DNA of 64,000 nucleotides. Source: Podarcis erhardii (taxonomy: Eukaryota). The stretch is taken from the NCBI GenBank assembly GCA_964252035.1, contig OZ176213.1; one strand, 5' to 3'. Positions within the stretch are counted from its first letter, which is position 1, and every line of letters starts with the position of its first letter. The position numbers and the translations under genes were made by a program. Under the pieces are notes generated by a model that made no database searches, was not told the origin of the DNA, and saw nothing but the letters and a program-made list of their open reading frames with translations. Positions 49,723 through 62,869 of the stretch are shown piece after piece.

Positions 49723-51913
49723 TACAAAGGTGCTAGGATTGGAAGCCTCTGAGCATGTGCAGAGCTCTGCACCCAAGACACCAGAGCACAGTTGCCTTTT
49801 TTCTTTCCTTTATCTTAATCACTTGCCTCGCAGGGTTTTTGCAAAGAAAAATTGTATGAGGAAAGGGATTGTATACAGTACCTTCTACAGATAAAGGGAA
49901 TGAAATGAAATTATAGCGGGAAGCTGCCTTGAGTCCCTGTCATGGAAAAAAGCATGAAATAATAATGATAATAATAATAGAAACTGAGAATGATCAGGAA
50001 CATACCAGTGAGTAAATCCTATGGAACTAAGTGGGATTTAAGATTTTAGCAAAATGCTTTAGATGGCAGTGACCCAGTGTTGACCCAGTTACCTGGGAGT
50101 AAGCTCCATTGAATACAGTGGGACTTTCTTCTGAGTAGACAGTGTCAGGCTCCATTTACAATCAAGGAATCAACACTCTCTGTGTTTCCTAAGAAATGTC
50201 TGCCTTTGCAGTGAAAGACTTTCAAGTGGTGACCTTTTCCTTCGAAATTATAGGGCTTCTCAGCATCACCGCTTCCTTCATTTGGTGCAGGGATTTTATT
50301 TTCCATATAAACAGGACTCTGTTTTTGCACTGGCACACATTCTGGGATCAAGTCAGAAACCGGGATGGCTTCTGTCATTCCGGACTGAATCTGGAAAATT
50401 GGGACACTTGGAGGGTCTGTCTGTAGTAGAGACTGCCCTCCCCATTCAGCGCTTCCAAGGAATGAAGGAAGCTGCCTGCTTCTTCCATCTGCCTCCTTTA
50501 CCAAACTCCTCCATCAGGGCAAGGCCTCTTGGAGGCTTTTAGCCGGCTCAATAACAAAAGCACCCTAGCAGCTCCAGAGATGGAAAGAGTACGCCAATTA
50601 AAGCCAGGGTGTCTTGCAGAGAGTGGAGAGGGTGGCCAAAGTACAGAAACAACAACTGAAGGGCCCTTGATCTTCTTTGCCCTGCAAAAAATGTGTTTAA
50701 GGAATGTGGAAAGGCGAGCCGGGTGAATAAATGCCACCTGGGCTTGTGGAAAGCAATCGGAAGCGACTCCCGAAGGTTGAACGTTTGTTGTGATCCGCAC
50801 CGCGCCGCCATTTTGACCGAGGTACATCAGGGCATTGGGTCTCTGCCCCAAAGAGCTTACATTCCAAAGGTTGAGCAATAAGTTAAAATAAGTTATATTA
50901 AGTTACAATAAGGATTTGCCGAGTTAAGAATTTGAACTGGAATACAAAAGGGGGAGGTGAGAGGAGGTCCGGGAAACAAGGTAATGGAAATAAGTGATGG
51001 GAATTATAGTTGTTTTGTCTTTTTAATTGTGTATTTTTGTATTTTTGTTATTTTTTGTTTTTTGTTGGCTTTTTGTATTAAATTGGAAATTCTAAAACAA
51101 AAAAAATCAAAGAGCTTGCATTCCCCGCACGGGACACAAGAGGACCAAAATATTATGCATCCTGTGCAGGGTTGAAAGCGACGAAATACGAGAGATGTGC
51201 AATTGGTCCCTCAGGGGCCTTCAATTTCCGAGAAGTAGCGCTAGGGGAGGGGTTCTCAACCCTGTACCACCCTCCTGAAAATAATGCAGAGATGGGGAAC
51301 CACAGGCCCAGGACATGAAAGTGGCCCTTCAGGCCTTTCTATCTGGCCCTCAGGATCTCAAGCCAGCCCCTTCCCTTCTCCCCAGGCTACACCTCTCACA
51401 GAGCCTGCATTGCACTCTCCTCAAATATTTTTTGAACGGCTAGTCTGTGTTCTTGAATCAAAAGGAGATGCACTCTGCTGCAAGTCAGAGTGGATTGAGG
51501 GCCATGAGATGCGAGCACCTCCTGCCTGTCGGGAAGATCATGTTCAGCAGACCAACCTGTCCCTGCAGAAACACAGTCGCTCTGGCATGCAGAGGTTTTC
51601 CTGCTTCAATCCCTCGTGGAATCTCCATATAGGGCTGGCAACCTATAACCCTGGAAAGCCACTGCCAGGCAGCAGAGCCAGTGCTGAGCTAGACGGAGCC
51701 ATTGTCTGACTCGGGCATAAGGCTGCTTCCTTGGTTGCATTACGCATATCCCATCGGGCAGGCGTGAAACAGTTCCAGGGAACTTGCTTCCCTCGCCTCC
51801 CTGCCACAAAGACATCTCAGCTCCAAATCTCAGATTTGGTGAAATTGGCCAATGGGAGCACCTTCGCTTCATGGAGGCACCTTCCCTTTGAGAATGTCCA
51901 ACTATTGGGTGCA

Positions 51914-52296
51914 AAAGGTAAAAGACCCGCGGACAGTTAAGTCCAGTCAAAGCCGACTATGGGGTTGTGGCACTCATCTTGCTTTCAGGCTAAGGGAGCC
52001 GGCATTTGTCCATAGCCTTCCGGGTCATGTGGCCAGCAGGACTAAACTGCTTCTGGCGCAAAGGGACACCGTGATGGAAACCAGAGCACATGGAAATGCT
52101 GTTTACCTTCCTGCCACAGCTATATCTATTTATCTACTTGCACTGGTGTGCTTTTGAACTGCTAGGTTGGCAGGAGCTGGGACTGAGCAACGGGAGCTCA
52201 CCCCGTTGCAGGGATTCGAAATGTCAACCTTCTGATCAGCAAGCACAGGAGGCTCAGCGGTTTAGACCACAGCGCCACCTGCATCCCTTTTGCAGT
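51914..52296 (-). mobile_element. Sauria SINE
   Basis: Reverse-complement homolog of 18942-19297, with TSD CTATTGGGTGCA (51902-51913, 52297-52308). Confidence 0.85.
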
Positions 52297-52325
52297 CTAT
52301 TGGGTGCAGTCGGGGAACAAAACGT

Positions 52326-52620
52326 GCTTTTATTTTTTGAAAACAGATTTATATTAAACTTTTAAAAAATAAAACACTAAGGATAAAACAAAAAGGTTTA
52401 AAGGTTTAACAGATTTTAAAAATCTCAGTGACTATACAAACTGATTAACCATTCATTTTTCCTTAGAGAGAAAATAACTCAAAAGATCCACAATCCAGAA
52501 TACATGGCGGAGGGGGGGGCAGGCATCTTTTACATTTGTGTAATCAATAAACGCTTCCCATATTTTCTCAAACAGGTCCTTCATCTTTTGCCTCCTGGTC
52601 AGCCCTTAGTGACCTTAGCT
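52326..52620 (-). mobile_element. L1 3'-end fragment
   Basis: The minus strand reads RQKMKDLFEKIWEAFIDY (L1 ORF2 end), followed by a T-rich UTR and AATAAA. Boundaries are approximate. Confidence 0.55.
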
Positions 52621-53480
52621 TTTGTGTTAATTTCTCTAAAACATTTTCAAAGTTCTGGGTGTCAGTGGTCAGTATTTACATTCTGAAGCATTTTCCAGTC
52701 CCAAAACATTTGAACTAGATGGAACTCCGATGTGATCCAGGAGGACAAAGCGATCCAAATATTTCCATGTAGAAGCTGCCGTATTTCCCTCCTTGGCCAA
52801 ACTTGCATAGAGAGCAGCCCTTTCCAAAGAACTCTCCTGAAACTTCAGTTCATCTTTCCAATCTGTCCTCATTCCTTCCCAGTGTCGCCCTCTCCCCCAC
52901 CTGCTGTAGTTAGTGCTGCCAGGTATTTAAAGGCACTAACCTTTAATTAACTCTGTAATTGAAAATTTGAATAGGCACCAGAACTTAACACCTGACACAT
53001 TTCACTGACAGAAAGGGAAGCGGAGATGCTTTTGGCGGGGAGGGGAGGGGTTCAAAATCTCAAATAAGGGAAGAATGAGAACTAGCTTTGATTTTATTTT
53101 TAAAAGAAAACTATTGCTGATTGACTTGGCACAATTATTTTCCCCTTTCATATTTCCTCCTCAATTTTACTTAATAGGTATTATTTATTTTATACCACAC
53201 CCTTCCTCGCAAAACAACCTGGTGAGGCAAATCAAGTTGATTATTGATGTCGGGTGTCCCCCCCCCCCACCATCAACAAGTTGAGCAGCCAGTGAGAGTA
53301 GCTCAAAGAAGGCTGAATGGAAAAGATCAAACAGCAAAAGAACACTTTTGCAAACTACATTAAAAAAACTTTAGGGATGTTGGTGGCAGGCTTAACTCAA
53401 GTCCTTCTTCATGGCTTAATGGCAGAGGCAAAGTTCAGACAGCCTGCTAAGCCATAGTTTGTGCAAACCATAGTTTAGAA

Positions 53481-53616
53481 CAGGCACCTCCAAACTTGGC
53501 CCTCCAGATGTTTTGGGACTACAATTCCCATCATCCCTGACCACTGGTCCTGTTAGCTAGGGATGATGGGAGTTGTAGTCCCAAAACATCTGGAGGGACG
53601 AGTTTGGGGATGCCTG
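53481..53616. mobile_element. Palindromic hAT MITE
   Basis: CAGGCA...TGCCTG ends with an internal long inverted repeat and TSD GTTTAGAA/GTTAAGAA. Confidence 0.78.
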
Positions 53617-56521
53617 GTTAAGAATAACCATGGTCTGCGCTTCCAAAAGTACAACAGGCAAAGCATGGTTTAGACTGCGCTTCCTCACTGCTTTTCAATT
53701 CACGTACTATTTCCAGCTCTACAGTGGCTTTTTGCGGCGAGACAATGTCTGTCAGGACACTTTGACAGTTGAAAATGTCGCACCACACCTTGGTGATCAC
53801 AACAAACTTAATGGGAGTGAATCCCAAAATAGGGTTAGTTTTCAAAAAAGGGAGGGGGAATTTGACAGCAGCATAAGGGCTAGGAGAAAAAAAAAGGATG
53901 TTCTTTAGCTATAGCCAGCTCCAGAGTACAGTATAGGAAAGTTCTCGGGAGCTCATCTTCGTCAGCCATATCGCTGCCATGGAGTCACAAGATACCCCAC
54001 TAAGTCTGAAAGACAAAGGCAGAGAGGCCGATGTTTACAAACCTCTAGTGGAGATTCTGCTGAGCTGGAGGATCTGCAAGGAAGCAAACATGTCAAGATG
54101 TTACATTTCCCTGGCCTAATGGGCAGCTGGAAAGGTAACAAGCCCGCCTTTGCCCAAGCGAGAGATGCACAAGGATCTGAAGAGCAAAGCAAACACAAAT
54201 GTATAGAAGGGCAGGCACCAGATTGCTCCCAGGCAATAATGGGTCACATTCCTCACTGAGACAGGCTGGCTTGCCAGGCCAAGCTTTGCAGCTTACACAA
54301 ATGTTAATGGTGCTATTTTAAAAGGGGAAAGCTGAAGGGCTGCATCTTGGGGATGGATGTTCATGTGTTAACCTCTGAAAAAGGTGTGGTGTTTCGATGC
54401 TAGCGGATTAAAGAGAAACTTGGGTTTTCTGTCCACTTGTGACAGGACACGTTATGATGTTGTGCAACAGAGGAATCCAGTGTGACAGCTGTGCTAGCAG
54501 AAACTCATTACAGGAAGTTGTGCTATTGTGGAACAGATTCAAAGGCAACCAGCTTGCGCATCCTATTCTGCAACAAACTTCCGCTGCCAAAACTCATCAT
54601 GAATGCCTCCCTTGTTCTCTTATAATGGCAATGGCGCCCACTTGAGCTGCAAAAAAAGCTCTGGATAGAACAAAAAATAAATATATATATTTTTTAGCCT
54701 ATGTTGTGTATTAATTGGCTTTCCAATGCCAGGAATTCTGTGTACCATTCTATGAATTATTTCTGTTAAGTGCAAGATTATCACTGTACTTTTCTGCATC
54801 TCCAACCTCACTTCTTACAATTGCTGCCTTCTTCCCACAGATGTGTATATATGTACCTGAAAATCACACATCTGATCAAATGTAGTCCTTTGTCTTTTAA
54901 GGAGCCCAAAGACACTTGGGTTGTTTTCAGGAATAGAACTGCGTTCTAATTTTGACATTCACCCCTGTAGGCAACTTAGGTTTCATATTGTGGGTGCAGG
55001 AGGTCTTGTTGAATCAGCCAAAGGCCTGGTTTTAGAGAAATGTTTTTGCCTGGTGCCTAGAGAGATGTAATGAAGGCACCACACAGGGCTTCCTGGGAAG
55101 AGCATTTCACAAGCAGGGAGCTACCATCGAAAAGGCCTGTTCTTGTGTTGCTGTGCTCCAGACCCTGTCGCAGAGGAGACACGTGAAGAAGGGCCTCAGA
55201 TAATGATTGCAGGCTCCAGGTCTGTTCATCTGGGGGGAGGTGGTCCTTGTGATATTGCGGTCCTGACTGGGTGAGCCACTGGGCTCATTTTGCATTCTTC
55301 CTAAGCGGTTCAAATCCAACCCCCATCTCTGTAACTGCCTTAAAGCAAAACAAGTTGATTCCAATCCTCCCCCTCTCTGCAAACACAAATAAATGAAAAA
55401 AGAGAAGCAATAAAAGTTGGGGAGGGAGGGAAAAGAGTCGTTTTTTCAGCAATGCATAACAAGGGCAGTCAGGAGTTAAAATGGCTGCCTGGTTGCCATG
55501 GCACCCTTTCTTTTAAAGAAGAGCAGAGTTGATTACAACATTAGGAACCAAAGAAGGAAAAATAATGGCATCAAGGGGAGGGAGTCAGACACAACAACAT
55601 TCACTTTGGAGCTGGCAGCTGGACCGAAGGGGAGCAATCTACGCCCCATTAGCGCTCATGACAAAACAAAGTATGTTTGCTGGCTGTTCATTAACTATAA
55701 GCATCGGCTCTGCTCAGCTTTCTTGCAAGGCTGGCTTTGAGTAATCAGCCAACCTCCCAGCTGCAATGGTCAACATTTGTGGGTCGCAGCTGCGAGGTTA
55801 TCGGGAACAGATAACAGGGCTGTTTAAACTGGGGAACTGGGGAGGGGGGACTGGGAGCAACCTACCTTCCGAGCTGTGTGGCAGGGTGCAGGGAAACATA
55901 TTGTGGCATGCTCTCACACCCATCCACTCCCCTGAGAAGTTCCAGGAACAGCCCTACCTCCTTCCGGTCTTCTTTGGACAAGAGACTCTCCTCCACATTA
56001 GACATTTAAAGCACATGGCTTCACCCCCAAAGAATCCTGGGAAGTGTAGTTCACTAAAGGTTCTGGCAACCGCAGCTCTGAGAAGGGGCAAACTAAACTT
56101 CCTAGGATTCTTTGGGGGTGAAGCCGTGGGCTTTAAACGTAGGGATATGACCCCCTGTTTCCTTCACAGAGCAGCAGGTGACAGAGTGGCTTGGTCATCA
56201 ATCCCTCTTCCTGGGGAATTCCAGAGAGAAAATAGAGTAAAATAAAAATGTGGCAGCCTGAGAAAGGAGACATTTAGAGGCGGCAACTTTAACCTACAGA
56301 TTTTATAGGCAAAATTTGTTTGGATGATAAAAACAGCCACTTGCTTGTTCTGTGACTGGGCTAAGCTCAAGGCCATCTCTATTTTGACATTTGGACGGAG
56401 GAATGAGGGGCAGGTAGCGCTGCCCCCTCAAGATGGCTACAGGAGGCGCATTAGAACCAGACTTGCACGAGCCCCAAACACAGTCTCTCTTCCTCTCTCT
56501 TTTCGACCCTCTGCTCCCGGT

Positions 56522-56629
56522 TCACAGCCTTCGTGCCTTTCGAGGCCGGCAGCCATTGTGTGGGATCGGGGTGTCGTCTGTAATGGAAATCACCTCCAAG
56601 CCACCCATGGTAAGTCCTTTGATGGCTGC
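56522..56629 (-). CDS. MRPS11: MRPS11 terminal coding exon, 108 nt
   Basis: Encodes [35 protein letters not shown], with the canonical uS11 C-terminal [11 protein letters not shown] motif. Acceptor ttctctttcag|. Confidence 0.95.
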   Translation of the reverse strand, partial: AAIKGLTMGGLEVISITDDTPIPHNGCRPRKARRL

Positions 56630-57854
56630 CTGAAAGAGAAAGAGATGAGTGTTTTTTTCCACCCTTCAGACAACACAACATTTAGCTTCCTGCATGGGAA
56701 GACGAGAAGCTGACTCAGGCCCCATCTGCACTATACCTTTAAAACACACTGTGGTTTAACCAATTTAGCAATCATGGCTTCCCCTCAAAATGCTGTTTGT
56801 TAAAGGTGCTGAGAGTTGCCAGGAGACCCCCTGCTCCCCTCTCGGAGCTATAATTCTCAAGAGTTCTCTGGGAAGAGGGAATGATAGTTGCACCACTCTG
56901 CAACTCCATGAGAAGAATTAAGGAGTCTTAACAACTCTTAACAAACTACACTTCCCAGAGTTCTTTGGGAGGGAAGCCATGATTGTTTAAAGCAGAGTGC
57001 TGATTGGGCCTTATATGAAATCAGACCAGTTTGTTGTCGAAATCAGGCTTTCCAGACCTTCCACCATCCCTGACCACTGGACATACTGCCTGGGGATGAT
57101 AAGAACTGTAGTCCACAACAGACGGAGGGCATGGGTTGGGGAATCCTGGGTCTACATACTGATTTGCAGCGGTTCTCCCAGCCTCACCTGGAGATGAGCC
57201 AGTGTAGTGTAGTGGTTCGAGTGGCCGACTAGGAGCTGGGAGACCAGGGTTCAAATCCCAGCTTGGCCATGAGGTTTGGGTCAGCCACTGCCTCTCAGCC
57301 TAGCCTACCCCACAGGGTTGTTGTGGAGAAAAAGGAGGGATATAAATGCAATAGATGAATAAGATGCTGCATATTGAACCCAAGACCTTCCCTGACCACC
57401 TTCCTATCCGGTCTGTGGTGTCCTCTCTATCCTCTTCCCACTATTGCAATTCGGTTTGTGGGAAAAACCCTTCTATTAGAGCCAAGCGAAAGTTCCCCTC
57501 TCTCCATGCTTAATTACAGCTTGGGGGTAGGCGGGGATGTTTTTGGGGGGGCTACAGTGGGAGAGGGAAAGCTTCTCCCCGTGTGCTGTGGCCCCTGTGA
57601 AAATGGCACCCTTTGTATGGCAATTAGGCTTTAGTGTGGGGGACGCAACTCTTCTATAGGTTCCCAGTAGAAGGGTCTATTCCCCCCCCCCAAGCCTAAC
57701 TGCTTCAGGGGTGTGGGAAGGGTGGGGGGAGAGATGTATTTATTTATTAGATTTATATACAGCCCTTTAACAAAAGATCTCAGGGTGGTTCACAAGATAA
57801 AAACATGATATCAAACCACAAATAAGTAGTTAAAACAGAAGCAAGAGAACAATA

Positions 57855-58209
57855 AGGTAAAGGTAAAGGGACCCCTGACCATTAGGTCCAGTCGTGAATG
57901 ACTCTGGGGTTGCGGCGCTCATCTCGCTTTACTGGCTGAGGGAGCCGGTGTACAACTTCCGGGTCATGTGACCAGCATGACTAAGCCGCTTCTGGCGAAC
58001 CAGAGCAACGCACCGAAACGCCATTTACCTTCCTGCCAAAGTGGTACCTATTTATCTACTTGCACTTTGACGTGCTTTCAAACTGCTAGGTTGGCAGGAG
58101 CAGGGACCGAGCAACGGGAGCTCACACCGTCGCGGGGATTCGAACCGCCGACCTTCTGATCGGCAAGTCCTAGGCTCAGTGGTTTAACCCACAGCGCCAC
58201 CCGCGTCCC
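57855..58209 (-). mobile_element. Sauria SINE in a MRPS11 intron
   Basis: Reverse-complement homolog of 18942-19297, running from aggtaaaggtaaaggg to cagcgccacccgcgtccc. Confidence 0.88.
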
Positions 58210-58876
58210 TTACAATACGCCCCCCCCAATCCACATTTTAAAGGCTGTAGAATATTAATCAGCTGAAGGCCTGGTTGAAGAGGAATGCTTTTTTGCCTGG
58301 CACCTAAAGATTTATAAGGAAGGTGCCTGATGAACCTCCCCAGGGAGAACGAACAGCAGCTAAGGAGAGATGGGGAGGCTCAGTGGCCAGCGAGTTCAGG
58401 CAGAAACAAGACTCCAAATTGAGGCTACTTCCTTTGCCATAGGTCAGTTTCTCAATGGAAAAATTGCTTGACCCTTCATTTCCCAGAGTCACCTATGCAT
58501 ATAAATTAGCAAAGGCACGTTTTACGGAAAGTTTCACCCCAGAACTGTGTCTTGAGCCATGTAAGTTCTTGACAATCCCCATTAGTCCTCATCGTCAACT
58601 GAAACAATTGGCTAATGTCCGTCCCCCACATTTGTTTCTGCTTCTACCTTTTAATTGTTGCATCTCTCCTGCTTTCAAAATTTAAAAGGCTGTGTGTTCC
58701 TTGGAGGCAGGGGAAGACTTGCCTTCTTCTATTTTGCCACCCTATAATGTGCCATCTGCACCAACAGCACCCAGGGTGGATTAAAATAGAATGGAATTAA
58801 GCTTGTAATGTCCATTAATTTCAATGAGCACAGCAGGACCAATGAGAATCCTCAGTAAGGAAACGCAGGCACTTAC

Positions 58877-58942
58877 CAACCGGCCAGGTCCTAGGCCTTT
58901 CACCACAACTCGGACGTGGGACACACCCTTCGCCGATGCTTT
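58877..58942 (-). CDS. MRPS11: MRPS11 internal exon, 66 nt
   Basis: Encodes KASAKGVSHVRVVVKGLGPGRL (uS11 VVVKG.GPGR motif). Acceptor cccacccag| and donor TTG|GTAAGT. Confidence 0.94.
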
Positions 58943-59452
58943 CTGGGTGGGGAAAACAAAGACGTTTTGCACATTTAGCCAAAGAGCCACCCCTACGTTC
59001 GGTCTCCACATTTGCTGTTGCTATTAAACAGTTCTCAAGCACTTGACATTTTCTGAGCGCTGCATATATAAAGACTGTCCCTGCCAGCAAGGTCATGCTC
59101 TCACAGACATCTCATCAAAGGAAAATGGAACAGGGAGGGAAGAGGAAAGCAAGCTGCTCCTTCTCTGGTCGGTGGATGGGGCCAGGTTGGTCTGTGTCTT
59201 GCTTGGTTTTTAAGCACCTTCACATTGTGCTTAAGCCAAAAAATCACCCCTCCCCACCGGAGCAGCTTACTAAATCTATACAAAGACAGTCCCTCAGGCT
59301 TGCAACAAGAGCATGAGCTTTGAATGTCATTGAGGTGGGCAGCCTCCTAGAGACAAACCTTCCTGTTTAGGGTCAGTACCTGAAATATAATAATAATTAT
59401 AAATATATTATTATATATTATATATTATTATAAATATAACATGCCCCTAGAA

Positions 59453-59588
59453 CAGTGTTTCCCAACCTTGAGTCTCCAGCTGTTTTCGGACTACACTTCC
59501 CATCATCCCTGACCACTGGTCCTGCTAGCTAGGGATTATGGGAGTTGTAGTTCAAAAACAGCTGGAGCCCCAAGGTTGGGAAACACCG
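59453..59588. mobile_element. Palindromic hAT MITE in a MRPS11 intron
   Basis: CAGTGTTTCCCAACCTTG...CAAGGTTGGGAAACACCG with perfect TSD CCCTAGAA. Confidence 0.85.
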
Positions 59589-60787
59589 CCCTAGAATACA
59601 GTGGCTTGGGAGGAGACCTCTCTCCATAGCAGGAAGGATGAAGGGGGGGAAATAGTACGGTGTGTGTGTGGGGGGGGAAGCAGACAATTTTAGGATTGTG
59701 TCTGTCATTTTGATGGTCACATTTCTTTCTATATATTTATTTACATACTTATTGCATTTATACCCCACCTTTCCTCCAAAATGCTCAAGGTGCAGTGCAT
59801 CGTTCTCCTCCTCTTCTGATTTAACCTCCCAACAGCCTTGCAAGGCTGAGAGCGAATCCCCCAATGAGCTTTGTGACTTTGGTGGGGATTTGAACCCTGG
59901 TCACCCGGGTCCGGGTCCAATGCTCTAACCACTACGGCACACTGGATTAATGATTTCCTTAGGAAGAATGGGAAGTCAGCAACTGAGCAGCTGCTTGGTG
60001 GTGAAGAGGGAGAGAGAGCAGAGTTGCTAGATCTTGACTGCAAGGAAGCTTTTTGGAGTTGCATAAAACTGAGAATCGCAACAAATGTGGCTTAGGAAAG
60101 CAGCTGCCGTCCGAGAGAAGGTTACAACCCTTTTCAGCTTAGGAAAAACGGTGGGTGAGGAGCAACGTGATAAGACGATGGGATGTTGAGAACCAAGTAG
60201 ATAAGAAATCGTTCTCCTCCCTCTTTGGTAATGTTACATTCCGGAGCCATTCAACAAAGCATAACATTGGCAGGCGGAAGGCAAGCGAATCTTTCTTCAC
60301 ACAGTTGAGCTGTGGAAATCACTGCTACAAGAGGCAGGGATTGCCAACACCTCGGATGGCTTTAGAAGAGTAGACAAATTCATGGAGGCTATTGACAGCT
60401 AGTAAACCACAATGGCCACGTTGTACCTCCACTGTCGGAGACCATATTGCCTCTGAGTAAGAGTGGTTGGGTACTGAAGATGGGAAAAGTCATGATGCCT
60501 TCCAAGTTCTGCATGTGAGCATCCCAGAGGCATCTGACCGGCCCCTTGGAGGCCAGAATGCTGGACTAGATGGGCCCTTGGCCTGTTCTAAGAAACCACA
60601 AATAAGAGAATTATCTTCTTTTTTTTAATAATGGTGATGGATTGGAAACTGCAGGAAAAGAGCTTTGCAGTTGCAGAGGTACCGACGGGGCTTGTGCAAA
60701 TAGGCTCTAAGTGGTAGCGGTTTCCTCTCTATCAGCCATATTGCGTTAAAGGGAAAAGGGCATTCTGGGAGGAAGGGAACTGTAGGG

Positions 60788-60923
60788 CAGTGTTTCCCAA
60801 CCTTGGGCCTCCAGCTGTTTTTGAACTACAATTCCCATCAACCCTGACCACTGGTCTTGCTAGCTAGGGATGATGGGAGTTGTAGTCCAAAAACAGCTGG
60901 AGGCCCAAGGTTGGGAAACACTG
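60788..60923. mobile_element. Palindromic hAT MITE in a MRPS11 intron
   Basis: CAGTGTTTCCCAACCTTGGGCCTCCAGCTG...CAGCTGGAGGCCCAAGGTTGGGAAACACTG with perfect TSD CTGTAGGG. Confidence 0.87.
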
Positions 60924-62106
60924 CTGTAGGGAATGGGACTGGATGACGCTTCGGGTCCCTTCCAACACTACAGTTCTATGATTCTATGAATTAAGATGCA
61001 AAAAAGAGAGATAAAAAGCAGGCTGCGGATGAGAATTATGGCCTTGTAATGTGAGAGAACTTGCTACATTTGCAAAACTGAAATGTTAAGTTCTAGGGCA
61101 TTTAATCCTACCGCAGTGGCATTGTTAAATGTCTTCTACTTCCAAACTGGCTACTGGCAACTTTCTAGAGAGAATATGGGATACCCTGACTATAATATGG
61201 GAAGGTTGCCATCTAGTGGCTATTTTAGTTGTCTTTTCTTCTACAGCAATACTGCAAATACAAATCTTAGAAATAAATAATTAGGGTGATAGTCACATGT
61301 TTGTCCTACTCAGAGTAAGCCCACTGAATTTAATGAATGTGGCTGACTTAGGCCCATTAATTTCAATGAGCAGGACCAGTGCTCAATATAAGTCACCCGT
61401 TTCAGGGCACACTGGAACTTTTCCCTTTATAATGCTCATTCCCGTTTTCTGAGCCCACTTAAAACATACACCAACACCCAGAAAGCTGTTAGCAAGACCC
61501 TTGGGACACCAAGAACTGACAATACACATCCATCATCTCTGCGCAGAAGCTCTTCACAAGCACTCTGGACTGAACTAGATGTAGGAGAAAACCAATTTCC
61601 ATCTTGAAAGAATGTGCAAAACTAAATGGGTTAATGAGTCAATCAAGTGAGGGAACGAGCCCCCAAATAATAAGGGGGCTCTGTTTCAACGAAAGAGTGA
61701 TCACTGCAGCCCTTTTCTCACTGGCCTTAGTGCTGTACTCAGATATTTCCTTTTACACTATGCAGCCACAAGCCTGGGTTTGCCACTGAACCAACGGCAT
61801 GTTTTCTATTGCTTGTGCAAACATCTTTGTGATCAAGATCTTGCTGAGAATTGAGGGCTCCAATGTCTTCTGGGTGGAGAGGGGAAGATTTCAATATCAA
61901 AATCACAGGTTGACAAGCTAATGGAGGTGAGTTTTTTTTTTATTATTATCTGCTGGTTACTGGGTGGGAATATTGTTTTGTTTCTTGGAGGCGTGCTGCC
62001 AATGTTTTCTATCACTGTTATTGGGGGGGCTGCCCCCCTCATACGTTCCTTCAAACATTAACGTGTTATATGACCCCCTCCTTCACTTTTTCTACAGTAC
62101 AATGTA

Positions 62107-62339
62107 CAGTGGTACCTCAGTTTTCAAACGTAATCCGTTCCGGAAGACCGTCCGAGTTTGAAATGGTCAAAAAGCCCAAAACTCAATAACTGACAGCTAG
62201 GCCTCAGGATCCTGCACTCAGTGTTTCCTGTTCGACTTCCGAGGTGTGTTCGAAAACCAAAGCATTTACTTCCGGGTCTATGGCGTTCGAAAACCGAAAC
62301 GTTCGTCAATGGAGATGTCCGAAATCCGAGGTACCACTG
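62107..62339. mobile_element. Tc1/mariner-type MITE
   Basis: TA|CAGTGGTACCTC...GAGGTACCACTG|TA. Confidence 0.82.
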
Positions 62340-62632
62340 TATTTATGCATATTTTTTTCAATGTCACTTGGAGACTCTTTGGCTGACAAGTGAACAGTAA
62401 GTTTAACATCTAATAAAATTACTAGCATATATTTAAATGTGCAAAGAGTTTTGTGGCCATCATTTAGGTACAGGACGCAAGTGAGGAGCTCTGTGCAAAT
62501 AACACAGAGCCAACACACTGGGATTCCCCGCCTGCGTCAAGAAGATCCGTCCAAGCGGGAAAACTGGCCCTCGCCCTCCCCCCTGGGGAAAACCTTTGCC
62601 TCCAGCGGTGCCGCGACTTTGATTTCACTCAC

Positions 62633-62762
62633 AGCTGCTACTGCGATCCCCGTGGTCTGTGCTGCAATGGCGGTGGCCTTCCTGGCGCTCTTGAACCCTT
62701 CGCTACCGCAGGTCGACAGGGTCAAGGCGACGTTCTCATGCGAGGTGATCAGGATGTGAGTG
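62633..62762 (-). CDS. MRPS11: Mitochondrial ribosomal protein S11 (uS11m), internal exon, 130 nt
   Basis: Encodes THILITSHENVALTLSTCGSEGFKSARKATAIAAQTTGIAVAA, the uS11 CGxEGF..A+K.T..AAQ motif. Acceptor cttccctccttgcag| and donor |GTGAGT. Upstream exons lie beyond the window. Confidence 0.93.
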
Positions 62763-62869
62763 CTGCAAGGAGGGAAGAGAAGAGGGCATGGTTTCCACAC
62801 TTCTGTCACGTCACTCCTCGCTTGCCTTTTCTCTAGACTAAAAAAAAACCCAAATGCTGTAACCTCACA

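Noticed and set aside
52669-52872. 67-aa minus ORF (DWKDELKFQESSLERAALYASLAKE...)
   Set aside because: No polypyrimidine acceptor and no recognisable homology. It sits next to an L1 fragment.
55766-56245. 159-aa plus ORF
   Set aside because: It runs through a palindromic MITE remnant (about 56020-56125) and has no codon or domain signal.
59388-59588. Regularly spaced inverted repeats and an AT-rich palindrome-like tract, considered as possible CRISPR-like or novel arrays
   Set aside because: They are explained by palindromic hAT MITEs and low-complexity AT sequence. There is no repeat-spacer array in this eukaryotic DNA.
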